From contig OX597826.1 in assembly GCA_951406725.2 (NCBI GenBank), positions 13,764,001 through 13,828,000 on the forward strand: a stretch of 64,000 nucleotides of DNA. Direction: 5' to 3'. This document shows positions 57,262-64,000 of the stretch, piece by piece; positions within the stretch are counted from its first letter, which is position 1, and the number at the start of each line of letters is the position of its first letter. The DNA comes from Octopus vulgaris. Taxonomy: Eukaryota. Position numbers and translations under genes: made by a program. The notes beneath the pieces are model-generated. The model saw only the letters and a program-made list of their open reading frames with translations. It searched no databases and had not been told where the DNA came from.

Positions 57262-57764
57262 GCATACATGCATACATACATACATACATACATACATACA
57301 TACATACATACATACATACATACATACATGCATGCATACATACATACATACATACATACATACATACATACATACATACATACATACATACATACATACA
57401 TGCATGCATGCATACATGCATACATACATACATACATACATACATACATACATACATACATACATACATACATACATGCATGCATACATACATACATACA
57501 TACATACATACATACATACATACATACATACATACATACATACATACATACATGCATACATACATACATACATACATACATACATACATGCATACATGCA
57601 TGCATGCATACATGCATACATACATACATACATACATACATACATACATACATACATACATGCATGCATACATGCATGCATACATGCATACATACATACA
57701 TACATACATACATACAAACGAGGACTTTCATTCATACATGTATATATATATCTATTCGTTCCAG

Positions 57765-57872
57765 CAATGGGTCTCAAGGTGGTGATTGGAATCAGACTTC
57801 TACTTTCGAAATGGAAAGGACAACGAAGGTATCAGGCAACGAAGACCCCGTTACGACCACCGGAACAAACAG
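57765..57872 (+). CDS. Repeat exon R9
   Basis: 108 nt, AG/GT; SNGSQGGDWNQTSTFEMERTTKVSGNEDPVTTTGTN. Confidence 0.82.
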
Positions 57873-58292
57873 GTAATGTTAACCAGAGTAAAGTTAACCA
57901 TAGTGACATTACATTAATTTAATGAGACTTGGTCGTCATAATCTTGTTCAATAAAAATACAAGGGTGTGTCAGGTTTAAACATCCATTTCAATGAAATCA
58001 GGCAATTACTTTTTCAAAATCTGACTGAATCGTGTGTCTCATATTTAACTATGATGCTAGAACTAATAGATTTATAAATCTTATGTCAAAACATTCAACA
58101 TATGCTCCGTCTATATCACTGCAAATTACAAATCTATCGTTAGCGTTCCTCTGTATATACGCACATGTATCTAATACACAAATATCATCTATTATATATA
58201 TGTATGTGTGTGTGTGAGAGTGAGAAGGGAGAGGGAGATAATGCGTGTGTGTGCATGCGTGCAGGTGATCATGGGTGCATGTGAATACTTGT

Positions 58293-58328
<36 letters not shown>

Positions 58329-58849
58329 ACACACTGACACACATTCACGCGGACATATATTCCGAAACTGGCACACTATTGTTTATGATGTTCAGGATTC
58401 CAGTTGAAACGTTCAACGGAATAGCTTCCCCTTCAAAATAACAGGCAAGAGGCAGGGCTCTCCATAGACACATGGAATCTTCACGTAACTCTCAGAGAGA
58501 TTCAGCATAAAACAGACTGTGACAAGGCTGGCTCTTCGAAATATAGTTGCAACTCATTTTTGTCACCCAATTGAACTGGAGCAATTAGAAAGTGTCACAA
58601 CACGCCACCGGGAATCGAACTCACAACTTTACGATCATTAACCCAATACCCAAATAACACGTCTCACACCTTCACGTATATACATACACATATAGCTATT
58701 TACACTCACATAAGTACACGAGAATATATAAGAAAGTTATGCCGTTTATATTTGCATCAGTTTTTGACTCAGCTTTGAATAAACGAAAATGAGCCAAAAA
58801 CTAATTTGAATTGCATTATTTTCTGCTTCAGCCTCGACTCTATTGTGTG

Positions 58850-58955
<106 letters not shown>

Positions 58956-59407
58956 CGTGCGTGTGTAGAAGAGAAATGCGTCTGTATATGGTTATACATG
59001 TGTGTTTTACCCCGAAAATATTTCGATTTATTCAATTAAAATAAACCCTTCAATAACAGAAGCCTTGAAATTACTGAAACAAGTAAAAGGTATAAAGGAT
59101 AAATGCATTCAGACATACATACATACATACATATATGCATGCATGCATGCAGCCATCCATACATACATGCATACATACATACATACATAAATACATACAT
59201 ACATATATACATACATACACGCATGCATGAATGCATGCATACATATATACATTAATGCATCCATCCATGCATAGAAACATAAATTCATACATACATACAC
59301 ACATACACACACTCATGCATGCATACATACACACACACACAAACATGCATGCATGTATACACACGAGAGCTTTCATTCATACATGTATATATATCTATTC
59401 GTTTCAG

Positions 59408-59515
59408 TAATGCTTCTCATAGTGGTGATTGGAATCACACTTCCACTTTGGAAATGGAAATGACAACGAAGGTATCAGACAACGAAGACCCCGTTACGAC
59501 CACCGAAAAAAACAG
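59408..59515 (+). CDS. Repeat exon R10
   Basis: 108 nt, AG/GT; SNASHSGDWNHTSTLEMEMTTKVSDNEDPVTTTEKN. Confidence 0.82.
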
Positions 59516-59813
59516 GTAATGTTAACCATAATGATACGACGTTAATTTAATGAGACTTGGTTGTCATAATCTTGTTCAATAAAAACACAAGGGTGTGTCA
59601 GATTTAAAGATCAATTTCAATGAAATCATGCAATTACTTTTTCAAAATCTGACAGAATTGTGTGTCTCTTATTTAACTATGATACTAAAACTAATAGATT
59701 TATAAATCTTCCGTCAAAACTTTCAAAATGTGCTCCGACTGACTGCAAATTTCAAATCTATCATTAGCATTGCTATGTATATACGCACATGTAGATTATA
59801 CACAAATATGATC

Positions 59814-59856
<43 letters not shown>

Positions 59857-59949
59857 TCATATATATATATATATATATACATAGAAACGCTATCGATAGA
59901 TTTGAAATTTGCAGTCATATAGTCGGAGCACATTTTGAAAGTTTTGACG

Positions 59950-60960
59950 TATCTCCTTTTTTTGCTTGTCTTGTTCCTTGGTTTGTGTCTATGTTTTTCG
60001 TCTCTCTATGTGTTCGACGTCCTTTTGGTGTCCTGTACACATATATGCGTGTATATGTACATGTAGAGGTAGGTACGTACATACATGTTTATATATATGC
60101 ATATATTTTATTAACATATTATACGACTAAACGCACGCACCCTATTAAGTAAGATTGTTCTGTTTATCAAGTTCGCCTTGATATTAACTCTCACGCGACT
60201 CTGCATCTTTCTTTCTTTCTCTCCCATTCCCTTTTTCGTCCTTTTTCCCTCACTTAACTTGTCTCTTCCTCTCCCTCTCCCCCTCACTGTTCTTCATGGT
60301 CTCCTCGCACCATTCCCCTTCTTCTCTCTCTTCCTCTTGCTCCTCCTCCCCCATTCCCGTCGTCCATCTGCGACGTACTTCCGTCGTAACTGCTATCCCG
60401 CCTTTCCTCACCTGCCTTCTAAGGCCACTGGTCGACATCTTCCTCTCTCGTCGTCCACTATAATCCAGCGTTTGCAATACTTTTTTCGTCTGGCGTTAAC
60501 AGCCCTTCTTATCTTGTTCTCCTTGTCCTGTCTCTCACTGTTATATATTTATTTTTCCACTGTTTATATATATATTTTTTACTGTTTATATGTTTGTACT
60601 GTCGTTACCGTCTTGCTTTTTTTTTTTTTTTTACCCCTCCGCGACAAGATCTCAGAATTTTAATTGATTTGCTTTTCGCGGGAAGGAATTTTTCATTCGA
60701 AGTATACGTCTCGCTTTTATCCTTCGAAACGTTTAGTAGATGAAACTTTAGCGACTGAAGAAGGGGATTTTTCGTTGTGCTTATTGTCCTGTATCTCCTT
60801 TTTTTGCTTGTCTTGTTCCTTGGTTTGTGTCTATGTTTTTCGTCTCTCTATGTGTTCGACGTCCTTTTGGTGTCCTGTACACATATATGCGTGTATATGT
60901 ACATGTAGAGGTAGGTACGTACATACATGTTTATATATATGCATATATTTTATTAACATA
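59950..60960. mobile_element. Unclassified ~1 kb element bounded by ~170-bp direct repeats
   Basis: GTATCTCCTTTTTTTGCTTGTC...TTTTATTAACATA at 59950-60118 and 60791-60960. Confidence 0.65.
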
Positions 60961-60979
60961 TATATATATATATATATAA

Positions 60980-61350
60980 ACGGCAGTTTGTCTGTGTGTG
61001 TTTCTGTGTGTCTGTCAGGTTGTACCCTCACCCTGACAACGGCTTTCAACCGATTCTGATGAAACTTGACACACACATAGCCCAATGTCATAATTCAAAA
61101 CTAACGCAGCGAAAATTTTGAAAAGTTCCCCCAGTTCTGAAAAAAATCGATAAATTCGACATGGGGTCGAGAATCAGAAACACGAACCACAAACTGTCTA
61201 GGGGACGCAACTCCACCTTTTTTAAATCTCAAAAAAAAATTTACCATCATTTTTTTCCATTTTTTTTGCTATTTTTTGGCTATAACTCTCTAAAAATGCT
61301 TTATAGTTATTTCCCTTACAAACCTGAGCAACGCCGGGCGATACTGCTAA
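60980..61350 (-). mobile_element. Helentron/DINE-like non-autonomous element
   Basis: Minus start TAGCAGTATCGCCCGGCGTTGCTCAGG, end ACACACAGACAAACTGCCGTTTATATATA; same family as 31342. Confidence 0.55.
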
Positions 61351-61471
61351 TATATATATATATATATATAATATTAATTAAAGACAAAACCACTATTTTG
61401 CAAATCAAACAAAGAAAGACTTAATCCAATACATAAAAAAAATTAATATAAATTAAATTAAATTAAATTCG

Positions 61472-61517
61472 CCACTACAATTGTTTCGTGTCTCTTCTAA
61501 GGACATTCATCAGGTGG
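61472..61517 (-). ncRNA. Intact-looking minimal type I hammerhead ribozyme
   Basis: Minus: CCAC-CTGATGA-A-TGTC(CTTAGAAGA)GACA-C-GAAAC-AATT-GTA-GTGG; stem I CCAC/GTGG, stem II TGTC/GACA, palindromic loop 3 AATT, GUA cleavage triplet. Confidence 0.78.
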
Positions 61518-62608
61518 ATTTCAGAACTAAAAATAATCAATATTTTTAAGATATAAATTTAAAATGACTAAAACTATAAATAATATAAATTTATCAATGA
61601 AAAAATACATATATATAATCTATATATAATCTATATATAAACAAGAACTAAAATAACCTCAATAAACAATTGAATATAAAGAAAACTAGTTCTCATATTT
61701 AAAGATGAAGAATCTAATTTCAAAAAACAAAAAATAAAAATAAAATATATATACACACATGCTCATACACATATATCTAAGTATATATAAACATATCTAA
61801 ATACATACACTAACTCACACACCATATATCTCTATACATACACATAAACATCTAGGCAACGATAAATTAATAAAGTAGCCGTACATACAACCCTCATTCA
61901 TAAACACACTCACTCTGCATGATAACCACACATTCAGCAGCCGCATATACTCAACCACAACAATATAAACATTTCATTCTTAGCAAGAAACTACCAAATA
62001 CCATATACCACATATATACAACAACCATACATAAATACTTAAAACAAACACACACCCACACATATTCCAAATACCACATGCATGCAACAAACATACACAA
62101 ATACGCAAACAAACACACACACACACACATTCACACATACATAAACACTCAAAAGAAAACAACATTTCTACACATAAACAATGCACACCCACACACACTC
62201 ACACACAATCACTCACATACAACCGCACTCCTACCGCCACACCAACACAGAGGAGTAACAAATTCAGCAGATACATACACTCAGCCACATACATACAGTA
62301 ACATTCCCTACTCAGCAATATACTATTAAAAACCCCAACATCACTCTAAAATAAATTTATGAATGTGAATAATAACTTATATAGAATTATTCTATTATTA
62401 AACATAACCTAAACGAACCTATCTATTTATCAAAGTATGTCTAATTTATTTAATAATTAATAACAAAGAAAAGTACGATAAATAGAACACTACATAAACA
62501 ACAAGATTAACATAAGGAGAATATATTATTATTCAAATGCTTATACATATTAAAATTACAATTAGGAGAACTTAAAAAAATACATATGTATATATATGTA
62601 TATATATA

Positions 62609-62664
<56 letters not shown>

Positions 62665-63638
62665 TGCGCATGTGCGTGTGTGTGGACACACTCGCACTCA
62701 CTCACAAACACTAACATCCACTTATTTTTCTAAACTGGCACACTGTCGGTTACGACGTTCATGATTCCAGTTGATACGTTCAACGGAATAGCTTCTTCTT
62801 CAAAATAACATACAAGTGGCAGAAAACTCCATAGAGACGTGGAAATTTCATGAAATTCTCAGAAAGATTCAGCGTAAAACAGAGTGTGACAAGGCTCGCT
62901 CTTCGAAATATAGTTACAACTCATTTTTCTCAGCCAAGTGAAGTGGAGCAATGTCAAAGCAAGTGTGTTGTCAAGGTCACAACGCGCCGCCGGGAATCGA
63001 ACACGCAACTTTACGATCGTGAAACGAATACTCAAATCACAAATCTCACACCTTCACGTATATACATATACAAATAGCTATATACGCTCACATAAATACA
63101 CGAGAATGAATCAGAAAATAATGCCGTTTATATTTGCATCAGTTTTTGACTCAGCTTTGAGTAAACGAAGAGCCAAAAACTAATTTGAATCACATTACTT
63201 TCTGTTTCAGTCTTGTCTATATTGTGTGTGTATGAGTGTGTGTGCGTGCCTGCGTGTCTGTGTGTGTGTGTGTGTCTGTCTGTCTGTCTGTCTGTCTGTG
63301 TCTGTGTGTGTCTGTGTGTCTGTGTCTGTGTTTGTCCCTCAACTATCATCGCTTGACCACTGCTGTTGGTGAGTTTCATTTCTCTTATGTTAGGTGTTCG
63401 GTAGAATACACGGTTCGAATAATAGGCGAAAAATAAGACTTGATTTCGATTTCTTCAATTTAAAAAAATCCTTTCCAGCCGGTAGTAAGGCACAGCAGCC
63501 TTCAAATGGCTGAAACAAGTAAAATGTATATATACATTCATATATACATGCATACATACATGCATGAATACATGCATACATAGATGCATACACACGAGAG
63601 CTTTCATTCATACATGTATATATATCTATTCGTTTCAG

Positions 63639-63746
63639 TAATGCTTCTCATAGTGGTGATTGGAATCACACTTCCACTTTGGAAATGGAAATGACAACGA
63701 AGGTATCAGACAACGAAGACCCCGTTACGACCACCGAAAAAAACAG
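63639..63746 (+). CDS. Repeat exon R11 (array continues past the window)
   Basis: 108 nt, AG/GT; nucleotide-identical to R10. Confidence 0.82.
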
Positions 63747-64000
63747 GTAATGTTAACCATAATGATACGACGTTAATTTATTGAGACTAGGCTGTCATAA
63801 TCTTGTTCAATAAAAACACAAGGCTGCGTCAGATTTAAACATCAGTTTCAATGAAATCAAGCAATTTTTTTCAAAATCTGACTGAATTGTGTGCCTCTTA
63901 TTTAACTATGATATTAAAGCTAATAGATTTATGAATCTTACGTCAAAACTTTCAACATGTGCTCCGTCTATATCACTGCAAATTTCAAATCTATCGTTAG

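Noticed and set aside
60178-61059. 161-aa and 131-aa hydrophobic ORFs
   Set aside because: Pyrimidine-rich low-complexity repeat sequence with non-ATG starts, inside a direct-repeat-bounded element.

Overview
AT-rich, microsatellite- and transposon-dense animal genomic DNA. The SINE, microsatellite and Penelope content suggests an octopus/cephalopod (inference). The window holds the 5' part of one large + strand spliced gene that I reconstructed by hand from splice sites and reading phase: signal peptide + PAN/Apple-like exon (10594-10893), EGF-like exon (15363-15450), four phase 1-1 Cys-containing CCP/sushi-like exons of decreasing fidelity (19619-19786, 22499-22645, 25445-25579, 29001-29159) and a linker exon (32970-33048). 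These are followed by at least 12 tandemly duplicated, symmetric phase 2-2 exons (36775 to 63746; eleven of 108 nt, one of 109 nt). Each encodes a 36-aa Thr-rich repeat with N-glycosylation sequons (consensus SNGSQGGDWNQTSTLEMEMTTKVSGNEDPVTTTGTN). The array is still open at the window end. Its centre is a recent ~6.5-6.8 kb higher-order repeat (2 exons + RTE fragment + SINE + Penelope element) present about 2.7 times. Introns and the upstream region carry decayed RTE, R4/Dong, Penelope, piggyBac, mariner, Tc1-like, Helentron-like and SINE elements, several minimal hammerhead ribozyme motifs and several long inverted repeats. Almost all long ORFs in the supplied track are microsatellite artefacts.
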